A stretch of DNA of 64,000 nt from the NCBI RefSeq assembly GCF_009914755.1, contig NC_060948.1. The stretch is one strand, 5' to 3'. The notes under the pieces were generated by a model. It did no database searches, was not told the DNA's origin, and worked only from the letters and a program-made list of their open reading frames with translations. Origin of the DNA: the human T2T-CHM13v2.0 reference genome, Homo sapiens. Numbering within the stretch: position 1 is the first letter of the stretch; each line of letters begins with the position of its first letter. A program made the position numbers and the translations under genes. Below are positions 1 through 20,269 of this stretch, one piece after another.

Positions 1-594
1 ATATTATATTATTTCATATTACATAATATATATTACATATCACCCAATATAACTAACATACATAATATTATAATATAGATAATATTGTGTTATATTAAGT
101 ATCATATATATCATGTATCATATATTCTATAATATATATTACACATTATATAATATGTATGTTGTCTATTATGTGATATATATAACTCTATATATAATTA
201 TATTTTTATACATATAACTAGATAAACATGTAATTCTACATATTTTCATTTATAATATGTAGAATTATATAATCATATATAATTATTTATATTCTATAAA
301 AAATTTTATCATTATATAAATTATAATATATAAAAATTATAATATGTACTACAAATATATATATTATATATCATATATGATATAGTACCTTTGTTATATA
401 TCATAATACATATAAATGTGTATTATGTTATCTATAATTCTATAATTTCATATATAAGATGTATAATATGTATCATATATTATATATGTTATGTAATATA
501 TATAGTATATATAAGATGACACAGGATAAATATTATATACTATGACATATAAAATATATGAGGTTATATGTTACATATAAGGCATAGCACATAA

Positions 595-909
<315 letters not shown>

Positions 910-1480
910 AGATCCATATTTTTTAAATGAAAAAAAATTTCAAAGGTACTCTGCTTGGTACAATAATCAAATGTATAAACTGAGGAATAAAACATAACCA
1001 TGAAACCTACTTATAACTGCATATGGAAAATACAGAGGATAATTTTTTAAATAACATATTTTGAAAGCCTTAACTAGTAATTTGAAGAGTTGGCATTTGA
1101 AAGGCCAGTATGAATATACCTTCAAAGCAGCAACACAGGTTCCCCATGAGAAAAAGCAAACACAGGGAAAATAAAAACACAAAGGTTCAATCTCTTCTGA
1201 CCTTTGAAAGACACAGCACAGACAGTGGTCCTTAGGACGAAGAGCAGGAGACCCCTAATTCCGTCACCATGGCGATAGGGCATAAACATTGCTGGGTGAG
1301 GGCACAATCCACATTGTGAGGTCCAACTGCTGCCAGGAAGACAGGAGTGCTTTTACATAGACCGAAAGGTCATTGAAGGCTCAGAGTTTTGTTTCAAGAA
1401 CTGAATCCCAAGCCCACACGTTATTAGGCTGCGCTTCTTAAAACAACTTATGAGATGGGAAAAAGGGCACCCACAAACAT
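910..1480. repeat. HSATI-type moderate-GC segment of the DYZ2 unit (representative; follows every Alu copy)
   Basis: Non-Alu, higher-complexity ~570-bp block between the Alu 5' end and the start of the AT-rich tract (acgtatacat). The name is assigned from known DYZ2 architecture. Confidence 0.8.
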
Positions 1481-3329
<1,849 letters not shown>

Positions 3330-5434
3330 AGATCCATATTTTTTAAATGAAAAAAAATTTCAAAGGTACTCTGCTTGGTACAATAATCAAATGTATAAAC
3401 TGAGGAATAAAACATAACCATGAAACCTACTTATAACTGCATATGGAAAATACAGAGGATAATTTTTTAAATAACATATTTTGAAAGCCTTAACTAGTAA
3501 TTTGAAGAGTTGGCATTTGAAAGGCCAGTATGAATATACCTTCAAAGCAGCAACACAGGTTCCCCATGAGAAAAAGCAAACACAGGGAAAATAAAAACAC
3601 AAAGGTTCAATCTCTTCTGACCTTTGAAAGACACAGCACAGACAGTGGTCCTTAGGACGAAGAGCAGGAGACCCCTAATTCCGTCACCATGGCGATAGGG
3701 CATAAACATTGCTGGGTGAGGGCACAATCCACATTGTGAGGTCCAACTGCTGCCAGGAAGACAGTAGTGCTTTTACATAGACCGAAAGGTCATTGAAGGC
3801 TTAGAGTTTTGTTTCAAGAACTGAATCCAAAGCCCACAAGTTATTAGGCTGCGCTTCTTAAAACAAGTTATGAGATGGGAGAAAGGGCACCCACAAACAT
3901 ACGTATACATTATGTATATAATAATATACAGTATCATTTATATAATATATATAACCTATGTATAATATTGTTTTACATCCTGCATCTTATGTTATATATA
4001 TTGTATAAAATATAATAATTGATAATATATAAGTTTTATATTTATACAATATGACATATAGTATATATTATAATTTATGACATATATAATATATGTTATA
4101 TATCATATATAGAATATATTATACGGTTAATATACGTATTAAATATAAATTATACATTATATATATTATATATAATATATCTGTTATATATAATACCCAT
4201 CATGCATAATATATATATTATGTCTATGTTATATATAGTATAAAACAACATATAATAATATATAATTGTATATATAAAATGCGACATATAATATATATTA
4301 TATTTTATAACATATGTAATATATATTATATATTATATATAATACGTTGTATGTATAATACCTATATTAAATATATATTATATGACTATGTTATTAATTA
4401 CATGTCACATGTGTTATATATTATATATTTTACATAGAATATACCGGTTACATACAATATATACTATGTTACCTATAATGTATAATTTATTACATGTAAA
4501 ATAAAGAATGCAATATATTATGTATAATTTATAATATACCATATGTGGAATGTGATATATATAACATATAATATATGATATATGATATACAGTATATGAT
4601 ATATAACATACAATATATGATTCCTAATATATATGGTATACAATATATATTTTATGATATGTATTCTATATGTTTTATATTCTGTTATATATAACTAGTT
4701 GAAATTATATATAACTGTATAATATTTTATGTAAATATGTAATATAATATATATAACTATATAATATATTATATATAACTATATATTATGTTATATATAC
4801 TTTTATAACATAATTTACATAAAATATCATAATATAATATATATTATATTATTTCATATTACATAATATATATTACATATCACCCAATATAACTAACATA
4901 CATAATATTATAATATAGATTATATTATGTTATATTAAATATCATATATATCATGTATCATATATTCTATAATATATATTACACATTATATAATATGTAT
5001 GTTGCCTATTATGTGATATATATAACTATATATATAATTATATTTTTATACATATAACTAGATAAACATGTAATTCTACATATTTTCATTTATAATATGT
5101 AGAATTATATAGTCATATATAATTATTTATATTCTATAAAAAATTTTATCATTATATAAATTATAATATATAAAAATTATAATATGTACTACAAATATAT
5201 ATATTATATATCATATATGCTATAGTACCTTTGTTATATATCATAATACATATAAATGTGTATTATGTTATCTATAATTATATAATTTCATATATAACTT
5301 GTATAATATGTATCATATATTATATATGTTATGTAATATATATAGTATATATAAGATGACACAGGATAAATATTATATACTATGACATATAAAATATATG
5401 AGGTTATATGTTACATATAAGGCATAGCACATAA

Positions 5435-5749
<315 letters not shown>

Positions 5750-7877
5750 AGATCCATATTTTTTAAATGAAAAAAAATTTCAAAGGTACTCTGCTTGGTA
5801 CAATAATCAAATGTATAAACTGAGGAATAAAACATAACCATGAAACCTACTTATAACTGCATATGGAAAATACAGAGGATAATTTTTTAAATAACATATT
5901 TTGAAAGCCTTAACTAGTAATTTGAAGAGCTGGCATTTGAAAGGCCTGTATGAATATACCTTCAAAGCAGCAACACAGGTTCCCCATGAGAAAAAGCAAA
6001 CACAGGGAAAATAAAAACACAAAGGTTCAATCTCTTCTGACCTTTGAAAGACACAGCACAGACAGTGGTCCTTAGGACGAAGAGCAGGAGACCCCTAATT
6101 CCGTCACCATGGCGATAGGGCATAAACATTGCTGGGTGAGGGCACAATCCACATTGTGAGGTCCAACTGCTGCCAGGAAGACAGGAGTGCTTTTACATAG
6201 ACCGAAAGGTCATTGAAGGCTCAGAGTTTTGTTTCAAGAACCGAATCCCAAGCCCACACGTTATTAGGCTGCGCTTCTTAAAACAAGTTATGAGATGGGA
6301 AAAAGGGCACCCACAAACATACGTATACATTATGTATATAATAATATACAGTATCATATATATAATATATATAACCTATGTATAATATTGTTTTACATCC
6401 TGCATCTTATGTTATATATATTGTATAAAATATAATAATTGATAATATATAAGTTTTATAATTATACAATATGACATATAGTATATATTATAATTTATGA
6501 CATATATAATATATGTTATATATCATATATAGAATATATTATACGGTTAATATACGTATTAAATATAAATTATACATTATATATATTATATATAATATAT
6601 CTGTTATATATAATACCCATTATGCATAATATATATATTATGTCTATGTTATATATAGTATAAAACAACATATAATAATATATAATTGTATATATAAAAT
6701 GCGACATATAATATATATTATATTTTATAACATATGTAATATATATTATATATTATATATAATACGTTGTATGTATAATACCTATATTAAATATATATTA
6801 TATGACTATGTTATTAATTACATGTCACATGTGTTATATATTATATATTTTACATAGAATATACCGGTTACATACAATATATACTATGTTACCTATAATG
6901 TATAATTTATTACATGTAAAATAAAGAATGCAATATATTATGTATAATTTATAATATACAATATGTGGAATGTGATATATATAACATATAATATATGATA
7001 TATGATATACAGTATATGATATATAACATACAATATATGATTCCTAATATATATGGTATACAATACATATTTTATGATATGTATTCTATATGTTTTATAT
7101 TCTGTTATATATAACTAGTTGAAATTATATATAACTGTATAATATTTTATGTAAATATGTAATATAATATATATAACTATATAATATATTATATATAACT
7201 ATATATTATGTTATATATACTTTTATAACATAATTTACATAAAATATCATAATATAATATATATTATATTATTTCATATTACATAATATATATTTCATAT
7301 CACCCAATATAACTAACATACATAATATTATAATATAGATTATATTATCTTATATTAAATATCATATATATCATGTATCATATATTCTATAATATATATT
7401 ACACATTATATAATATGTATGTTGTCTAATATGTGATATATATAACAATATATATAATTATATTTTTATACATATAACTAGATAAACATGTAATTCTACA
7501 TATTTTCATTTATAATATGTAGAAGTATATAATCATATATAATTATTTATATTCTATAAAAAATTTTATCATTATATAAATTATAATATATAAAAATTAT
7601 AATATGTACTACAAATATATATATTATATATCATATATGATATAGTACCTTTGTTATATATCATAATACATATAAATGTGTATTATGTTATCTATAATTC
7701 TATAATTTCATATATAAGATGTATAATATGTATCATATATTATATATGTTATGTAATATATATAGTATATATAAGATGACACAGGATAAATATTATATAC
7801 TATGACATATAAAATATGTGAGGTTATATGTTACATATAAGGCATAGCACATAACATGTAATATATATCATATATAA

Positions 7878-8169
7878 TTTTTTTTTAGACTGAATCTTGT
7901 CCTGTTGCACAGGGTGGGGTACAATGGCGCCATCTTTGCTCACTGCAACTTCTGCCTCACGGGTCCAAGCGATTGTCCTCCCTCAGCCTCCCAGGTAGCT
8001 GGGACTACACCACACTGGGACTACACCAGCTGCCACCATGCCTAGCTAATTATTTGGATTTTTAGTAGTGACAGCGTTTCACTGTATTGGCCAGGATGGT
8101 CTTGATCTCTTCACCTTGTGATCCCCTTGCCTTGGCCTCCAAATTTGCTGGGATTACAGGCCTGAGCCA
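7878..8169 (-). mobile_element. AluY-like, DYZ2 unit 4
   Basis: Copy at 2420-bp period. Confidence 0.93.
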
Positions 8170-10274
8170 AGATCCATATTTTTTAAATGAAAAAAAATTT
8201 CAAAGGTACTCTGCTTGGTACAATAATCAAATGTATAAACTGAGGAATAAAACATAACCATGAAACCTACTTATAACTGCATATGGAAAATACAGAGGAT
8301 AATTTTTTAAATAACATATTTTGAAAGCCTTAACTAGTAATTTGAAGAGCTGGCATTTGAAAGGCCAGTATGAATATACCTTCAAAGCAGCAACACAGGT
8401 TCCCCATGAGAAAAAGCAAACACAGGGAAAATAAAAACACAAAGGTTCAATCTCTTCTGACCTTTGAAAGACACAGCACAGACAGTGGTCCTTAGGACGA
8501 AGAGCAGGAGACCCCTAATTCCGTCACCATGGCGATAGGGCAGAAACATTGCTGGGTGAGGGCACAGTCCACATTGTGAGGTCCAACTGCTGCCAGGAAG
8601 ACAGGAGTGCTTTTACATAGACCGAAAGGTCATTGAAGGCTCAGAGTTTTGTTTCAAGAACTGAATCCCAAACCCACACGTTATTAGGCTGCGCTTCTTA
8701 AAACAAGTTATGAGATGGGAAAAAGGGCACCCACAAACATACGTATACATTATGTATATAATAATATACAGTATCATATATATAATATATATAACCTATG
8801 TATAATATTGTTTTACATCCTGCATCTTATGTTATATATATTGTATAAAATATAATAATTGATAATATATAAGTTTTATAATTATACAATATGACATATA
8901 GTATATATTATAATTTATGACATATATAATATATGTTATATGTCATATATAGAATATATTATACGGTTAATATACGTATTAAATATAAATTATACATTAT
9001 ATATATTATATATAATATATCTGTTATATATAATACCCATTATGCATAATATATATATTATGTCTATGTTATATATAGTATAAAACAACATATAATAATA
9101 TATAATTGTATATATAAAATGCGACATATAATATATATTATATTTTATAACATATGTAATATATATTATATATTATATATAATACGTTGTATGTATAATA
9201 CCTATATTAAATACATATTATATGACTATGTTATTAATTACATGTCACATGTGTTATATATTATATATTTTACATAGAATATACCGGTTACATACAATAT
9301 ATACTATGTTACCTATAATGTATAATTTATTACATGTAAAATAAAGAATGCAATATATTATGTAAAATTTATAATATACCATATGTGGAATGTGATATAT
9401 ATAACATATAATATATGATATATGATATACAGTATATGATATATAACATACAATATATGATTCCTAATATATATGGTATACAATATATATTTTATGATAT
9501 GTATTCTATATGTTTTATATTCTGTTATATATAACTATTTGAAATTATATATAACTGTATAATATTTTATGTAAATATGTAATATAATATATATAACTAT
9601 ATAATATATGATATATAACTATATATTATGTTATATATACTTTTATAACATAATTTATATAAAATATCATAATATAATATATATTATATTATTTCATATT
9701 ACATAATATATATTACATATCACCCAATATAACTAACATACATAATATTATAATATAGATTATATTATGTTATATTAAATATCATATATATCATGTATCA
9801 TATATTCTATAATATATATTACACATTATATAATATGTATGTTGTCTATTATGTGATATATATAACTATATATATAATTATATTTTTATACATATAACTA
9901 GATAAACATGTAATTCTACATATTTTCATTTATAATATGTAGAATTATATAATCATATATAATTATTTATATTCTATAAAAAATTTTATCATTATATAAA
10001 TTATAATATATAAAAATTATAATATGTACTACAAATATATATATTATATATCATATATGATATAGTACCTTTGTTATATATCATAATACATAAAAATGTG
10101 TATTATGTTATCTATAATTATATAATTTCATATATAAGATGTATAATATGTATCATATATTATATATGTTATGTAATATATATAGTATATATAAGATGAC
10201 ACAGGATAAATATTATATACTATGACATATAAAATATATCAGGTTATATGTTACATATAAGGCATAGCACATAA

Positions 10275-10589
<315 letters not shown>

Positions 10590-12694
10590 AGATCCATATT
10601 TTTTAAATGAAAAAAAATTTCAAAGGTACTCTGCTTGGTACAATAATCAAATGTATAAACTGAGGAATAAAACATAACCATGAAACCTACTTATAACTGC
10701 ATATGGAAAATACAGAGGATAATTTTTTAAATAACATATTTTGAAAGCCTTAACTAGTAATTTGAAGAGTTGGCATTTGAAAGGCCAGTATGAATATACC
10801 TTCAAAGCAGCAACACAGGTTCCCCATGAGAAAAAGCAAACACAGGGAAAATAAAAACACAAAGGTTCAATCTCTTCTGACCTTTGAAAGACACAGCACA
10901 GACAGTGGTCCTTAGGACGAAGAGCAGGAGACCCCTAATTCCGTCACCATGGCGATAGGGCATAAACATTGCTGGGTGAGGGCACAATCCACATTGTGAG
11001 GTCCAACTGCTGCCAGGAAGACAGGAGTGCTTTTACACAGACCGAAAGGTCATTGAAGGCTCAGAGTTTTGTTTCAAGAACTGAATCCCAAGCCCACACG
11101 TTATTAGGCTGCGCTTCTTAAAACAAGTTATGAGATGGGAAAAAGGGCACCCACAAACATACGTATACATTATGTATATAATAATATACAGTATCATATA
11201 TATAATATATATAACCTATGTATAATATTGTTTTACATCCTGCATCTTATGTTATATATATTGTATAAAATATAATAATTGATAATATATAAGTTTTATA
11301 AATATACAATATGACATATAGTATATATTATAATTTATGACATATATAATATATGTTATATGTCATATATAGAATATATTATACGGTTAATATACGTATT
11401 AAATATAAATTATACATTATATATATTATATATAATATATCTGTTATATATAATACCCATTATGCATAATATATATATTATGTCTATGTTATATATAGTA
11501 TAAAACAACATATAATAATATATAATTGTATATATAAAATGCGACATATAATATATATTATATTTTATAACATATGTAATATATATTATATATTATATAT
11601 AATACGTTGTATGTAAAATACCTATATTAAATATATATTATATGACTATGTTATTAATTACATGTCACATGTGTTATATATTATATATTTTACATAGAAT
11701 ATACCGGTTACATACAACATATACTATGTTACCTATAATGTATAATTTATTACATGTAAAATAAAGAATGCAATATATTATGTATAATTTATAATATACC
11801 ATATGTAGAATGTGATATATATATCATATAATATATGATATATGATAGACAGTATATGATATATAACATACAATATATGATTCCTAATATATATGGTATA
11901 CAATATATATTTTATGATATGTATTCTATATGTTTTATATTCTGTTATATATAACTATTTGAAATTATATATAACTGTATAATATTTTATGTAAATATGT
12001 AATATAATATATATAACTATATAATATATTATATATAACTATATATTATGTTATATATACTTTTATAACATAATTTACATAAAATAACATAATATAATAT
12101 ATATTATATTATTTCATATTACATAATATATATTACATATCACCCAGTATAACTAACATACATAATATTATAATATAGATTATATTATGTTATATTAAAT
12201 ATCATATAAATCATGTATCATATATTCTATAATATATATTACACATTATATAATATGTATGTTGTCTATTATGTGATATATATAACTATATATATAATTA
12301 TATTTTTATACATATAACTAGATAAACATGTAATTCTACATATTTTCATTTATAATATGTAGAATTATATAATCATATATAATTATTTATATTCTATAAA
12401 AAATTTTATCATTATATAAATTATAATATATAAAAATTATAATATGTACTACAAATATATATATTATATATCATATATGATATAGTACCTTTGTTATATA
12501 TCATAATACATAAAAATGTGTATTATGTTATCTATAATTATATAATTTCATATATAAGATGTATAATATGTATCATATATTATATATGTTATGTAATATA
12601 TATAGTATATATAAGATGACACAGGATAAATATTATATACTATGACATATAAAATATATCAGGTTATATGTTACATATAAGGCATAGCACATAA

Positions 12695-13009
<315 letters not shown>

Positions 13010-15137
13010 AGATCCATATTTTTTAAATGAAAAAAAATTTCAAAGGTACTCTGCTTGGTACAATAATCAAATGTATAAACTGAGGAATAAAACATAACCA
13101 TGAAACCTACTTATAACTGCATATGGAAAATACAGAGGATAATTTTTTAAATAACATATTTTGAAAGCCTTAACTAGTAATTTGAAGAGTTGGCATTTGA
13201 AAGGCCAGTATGAATATACCTTCAAAGCAGCAACACAGGTTCCCCATGAGAAAAAGCAAACACAGGGAAAATAAAAACACAAAGGTTCAATCTCTTCTGA
13301 CCTTTGAAAGACACAGCACAGACAGTGGTCCTTAGGACGAAGAGCAGGAGACCCCTAATTCCGTCACCATGGCGATAGGGCATAAACATTGCTGGGTGAG
13401 GGCACAATCCACATTGTGAGGTCCAACTGCTGCCAGGAAGACAGGAGTGCTTTTACACAGACCGAAAGGTCATTGAAGGCTCAGAGTTTTGTTTCAAGAA
13501 CTGAATCCCAAGCCCACACGTTATTAGGCTGCGCTTCTTAAAACAAGTTATGAGATGGGAAAAAGGGCACCCACAAACATACGTATACATTATGTATATA
13601 ATAATATACAGTATCATATATATAATATATATAACCTATGTATAATATTGTTTTACATCCTGCATCTTATGTTATATATATTGTATAAAATATAATAATT
13701 GATAATATATAAGTTTTATAAATATACAATATGACATATAGTATATATTATAATTTATGACATATATAATATATGTTATATGTCATATATAGAATATATT
13801 ATACGGTTAATATACGTATTAAATATAAATTATACATTATATATATTATATATAATATATCTGTTATATATAATACCCATTATGCATAATATATATATTA
13901 TGTCTATGTTATATATAGTATAAAACAACATATAATAATATATAATTGTATATATAAAATGCGACATATAATATATATTATATTTTATAACATATGTAAT
14001 ATATATTATATATTATATATAATACGTTGTATGTAAAATACCTATATTAAATATATATTATATGACTATGTTATTAATTACATGTCACATGTGTTATATA
14101 TTATATATTTTACATAGAATATACCGGTTACATACAACATATACTATGTTACCTATAATGTATAATTTATTACATGTAAAATAAAGAATGCAATATATTA
14201 TGTATAATTTATAATATACCATATGTAGAATGTGATATATATATCATATAATATATGATATATGATAGACAGTATATGATATATAACATACAATATATGA
14301 TTCCTAATATATATGGTATACAATATATATTTTATGATATGTATTCTATATGTTTTATATTCTGTTATATATAACTATTTGAAATTATATATAACTGTAT
14401 AATATTTTATGTAAATATGTAATATAATATATATAACTATATAATATATTATATATAACTATATATTATGTTATATATACTTTTATAACATAATTTACAT
14501 AAAATAACATAATATAATATATATTATATTATTTCATATTACATAATATATATTACATATCACCCAGTATAACTAACATACATAATATTATAATATAGAT
14601 TATATTATGTTATATTAAATATCATATAAATCATGTATCATATATTCTATAATATATATTACACAGTATATAATATGTATGTTGTCTATTATGTGATATA
14701 TATAACTATATATATAATTATATTTTTATACATATAACTAGATAAACATGTAATTCTACATATTTTCATTTATAATATGTAGAATTATATAATCATATAT
14801 AATTATTTATATTCTATAAAAAATTTTATCATTACATAAATTATAATATTTAAAAATTATAATATGTACTACAAATATATATATTATATATCATATATGA
14901 TATAGTACCTTTGTTATATATCATAATACATATAAATGTGTATTATGTTATCTATAATTATATAATTTCATATATAAGATGTATAATATGTATCATATAT
15001 TATATATGTTATGTAATATATATAGTATATATAAGATGACACAGGATAAATATTATATACTATGACATATTAAATATATGAGGTTATATGTTACATATAA
15101 GGCATAGCACATAACATGTAATATATATCATATATAA

Positions 15138-15429
15138 TTTTTTTTTAGACAGAATCTTGTCCTGTTGCACACGGTGGGGTACAATGGCGCCAACTTTGCT
15201 CACTGCAACTTCTGCCTCACGGGTCCAAGCGATTGTCCTCCCTCAGCCTCCCAGGTAGCTGGGACTACACCACACTGGGACTACACCAGCTGCCACCATG
15301 CCTAGCTAATTTTTTGGATATTTAGTAGTGACAGCGTTTCACTGTATTGGCCAGGATGGTCTTGATCTCTTCACCTTGTGATCCCCTTGCCTTGGCCTCC
15401 AAATTTGCTGGGATTACAGGCCTGAGCCA
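15138..15429 (-). mobile_element. AluY-like, DYZ2 unit 7
   Basis: Copy at 2420-bp period. Confidence 0.93.
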
Positions 15430-17534
15430 AGATCCATATTTTTTAAATGAAAAAAAATTTCAAAGGTACTCTGCTTGGTACAATAATCAAATGTATAAAC
15501 TGAGGAATAAAACATAACCATGAAACCTACTTATAACTGCATATGGAAAATACAGAGGATAATTTTTTAAATAACATATTTTGAAAGCCTTAACTAGTAA
15601 TTTGAAGAGTTGGCATTTGAAAGGCCAGTATGAATATACCTTCAAAGTAGCAACACAGGTTCCCCATGAGAAAAAGCAAACACAGGGAAAATAAAAACAC
15701 AAAGGTTCAATCTCTTCTGACCTTTGAAAGACACAGCACAGACAGTGGTCCTTAGGACGAAGAGCAGGAGACCCCTAATTCCGTCACCATGGCGATAGGG
15801 CATAAACATTGCTGGGTGAGGGCACAATCCACATTGTGAGGTCCAACTGCTGCCAGGAAGACAGGAGTGCTTTTACATAGACCGAAAGGTCATTGAAGGC
15901 TCAGAGTTTTGTTTCAAGAACTGAATCCCAAGCCCACACGTTATTAGGCTGCGCTTCTTAAAACAAGTTATGAGATGGGAAAAAGGGCACCCACAAACAT
16001 ACGTATACATTATGTATATAATAATATACAGTATCATATATATAATATATATAAACTATGTATAATATTGTTTTACATCCTGCATCTTATGTTATATATA
16101 TTGTATAAAATATAATAATTGATAATATATAAGTTTTATAATTATACAATATGACATATAGTATATATTATAATTTATGACATATATAATATATGTTATA
16201 TATCATATATAGAATATATTATACGGTTAATATACGTATTAAATATAAATTATACATTATATATATTATATATAATATATCTGTTATATATAATACACAT
16301 TATGCATAATATATATATTATGTCTATGTTATATATAGTATAAAACAACATATAATAATATATAATTGTATATATAAAATGCGACATATAATATATATTA
16401 TATTTTATAACATATGTAATATATATTATATATTATATATAATACGTTGTATGTATAATACCTATATTAAATATATATTATATGACTATGTTATTAATTA
16501 CATGTCACATGTGTTATATATTATATATTTTACATAGAATATACCGGTAACATACAATATATACTATGTTACCTATAATGTATAATTTAATACATGTAAA
16601 ATAAAGAATGCAATATATTATGTATAATTTATAATATACAATATGTGGAATGTGATATATATAACATATAATATATGATATATGATATACAGTATATGAT
16701 ATATAACATACAATATATGATTCCTAATATATATGGTATACAATATATATTTTATGATATGTATTCTATATGTTTTATATTCTGTTATATATAACTATTT
16801 GAAATTATATATAACTGTATAATATTTTATGTAAATATGTAATATAACATATATAACTATATAATATATTATATATAACTATATATTATGTTATATATAC
16901 TTTTATAACATAATTTACATAAAATATCATAATATAATATATCTTATATTATTTCATATTACATAATATATATTACATATCACCCAATATAACTAACATA
17001 CATAATATTATAATATAGATTATATTGTGTTATATTACATATCATATATATCATGTATCATATATTCTATAATATATATTACACAGTATATAATATGTGT
17101 GTTGTCTATTATGTGATATATATAACTATATATATAATTATATTTTTATACATATAACTAGATAAACATGTAATTCTACATATTTTCACTTATATTATGT
17201 AGAATTATATAATCATATATAATTATTTATATTCTATAAAAAATTTTATCATTATATAAATTATAATATATAAAAATTATAATATGTACTACAAATATAT
17301 ATATTATATATCATATATGATATAGTACCTTTGTTATATATCATAATACATATAAATGTGTATTATGTTATCTATAATTATATAATTTCATATATAAGAT
17401 GTATAATATGTATCATATATTATATATGTTATGTAATATATATAGTATATATAAGATGACACAGGATAAATATTATATACTATGACATATAAAATATATG
17501 AGGTTATATGTTACATATAAGGCATAGCACATAA

Positions 17535-17849
<315 letters not shown>

Positions 17850-19977
17850 AGATCCATATTTTTTAAATGAAAAAAAATTTCAAAGGTACTCTGCTTGGTA
17901 CAATAATCAAATGTATAAACTGAGGAATAAAACATAACCATGAAACCTACTTATAACTGCATATGGAAAATACAGAGGATAATTTTTTAAATAACATATT
18001 TTGAAAGCCTTAACTAGTAATTTGAAGAGTTGGCATTTGAAAGGCCAGTATGAATATACCTTCAAAGCAGCAACACAGGTTCCCCATGAGAAAAAGCAAA
18101 CACAGGGAAAATAAAACCACAAAGGTTCAATCTCTTCTGACCTTTGAAAGACACAGCACAGACAGTGGTCCTTAGGACGAAGAGCAGGAGACCCCTAATT
18201 CCGTCACCATGGCGATAGGGCATAAACATTGCTGGGTGAGGGCACAATCCACATTGTGAGGTCCAACTGCTGCCAGGAAGACAGGAGTGCTTTTACATAG
18301 ACCGAAAGGTCATTGAAGGCTCAGAGTTTTGTTTCAAGAACTGAATCCCAAGCCCACACGTTATTAGGCTGCGCTTCTTAAAACAAGTTATGAGATGGGA
18401 AAAAGGGCACCCACAAACATACGTATACATTATGTATATAATAATATACAGTATCATATATATAATATATATAAACTATGTATAATATTGTTTTACATCC
18501 TGCATCTTATGTTATCTATATTGTATAAAATATAATAATTGATAATATATAAGTTTTATAATTATACAATATGACATATAGTATATATTATAATTTATGA
18601 CATATATAATATATGTTATATATCATATATAGAATATATTATACGGTTAATATACGTATTAAATATAAATTATACATTATATATATTATATATAATATAT
18701 CTGTTATATATAATACCCATTATGCATAATATATATATTATGTCTATGTTATATATAGTATAAAACAACATATAATAATATATAATTGTATATATAAAAT
18801 GCGACATATAATATATATTATATTTTATAACATATGTAATATATATTATATATTATATATAATACGTTGTATGTATAATACCTATATTAAATATATATTA
18901 TATGACTATGTTATTAATTACATGTCACATGTGTTATATATTATATATTTTACATAGAATATACCGGTTACATACAATATATACTATGTTACCTATAATG
19001 TATAATTTATTACATGTAAAATAAAGAATGCAATATATTATGTATAATTTATAATATACAATATGTGGAATGTGATATATATAACATATAATATATGATA
19101 TATGTTATACAGTATATGATATATAACATACAATATATGATTCCTAATATATATGGTATACAATATATATTTTATGATATGTATTCTATATGTTTTATAT
19201 TCTGTTATATATAACTATTTGAAATTATATATAACTGTATAATATTTTATGTAAATATGTAATATAATATATATAACTATATAATATATTATATATAACT
19301 ATATATTATGTTATATATACTTTTATAACATAATTTACATAAAATAGCATAATATAATATATATTATATTATTTCATATTACATAATATATATTACATAT
19401 CACCCAATATAACTAACATACATAATATTATAATATAGATTATATTATGTTATATTAAATATCATATATATCATGTATCATATATTCTATAATATATATT
19501 ACACATTATATAATATGTATGTTGTCTATTATGTGATATATATAACTATATATATAATTATATTTTTATACATATAACTAGATAAACATGTAATTCTACA
19601 TATTTTCATTTATAATATGTAGAATTATATAATCATATATAATTATTTATATTCTATAAAAAATTTTATCATTATATAAATTATAATATATAAAAATTAT
19701 AATATGTACTACAAATATATATATTATATATCATATATGATATAGTACCTTTGTTATATATCATAATACATATAAATGTGTATTATGTTATCTATAATTA
19801 TATAATTTCATATATAAGTTGTATAATATGTATCATATATTATATATGTTATGTAGTATATATAGTATATATAAGATGACACAGGATAAATATTATATAC
19901 TATGACATATAAAATATATGAGGTTATATGTTACATATAAGACATAGCACATAATATGTAATATATATCATATATAA

Positions 19978-20269
19978 TTTTTTTTTAGACAGAATCTTGT
20001 CCTGTTGCACAGGGTGGGTTACAATGGCGCCATCTTTGCTCACTGCAACTTCTGCCTCACGGGTCCAAGCGATTGTCCTCCCTCAGCCTCCCAGGTAGCT
20101 GGGACTACACCACACTGGGACTACACCAGCTGCCACCATGCCTAGCTAATTTTTTGGATTTTTAGTAGTGACAGCGTTTCACTGTATTGGCCAGGATGGT
20201 CTTGATCTCTTCACCTTGTGATCCCCTTGCCTTGGCCTCCAAATTTGCTGGGATTACAGGCCTGAGCCA
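19978..20269 (-). mobile_element. AluY-like, DYZ2 unit 9
   Basis: Copy at 2420-bp period. Confidence 0.93.
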
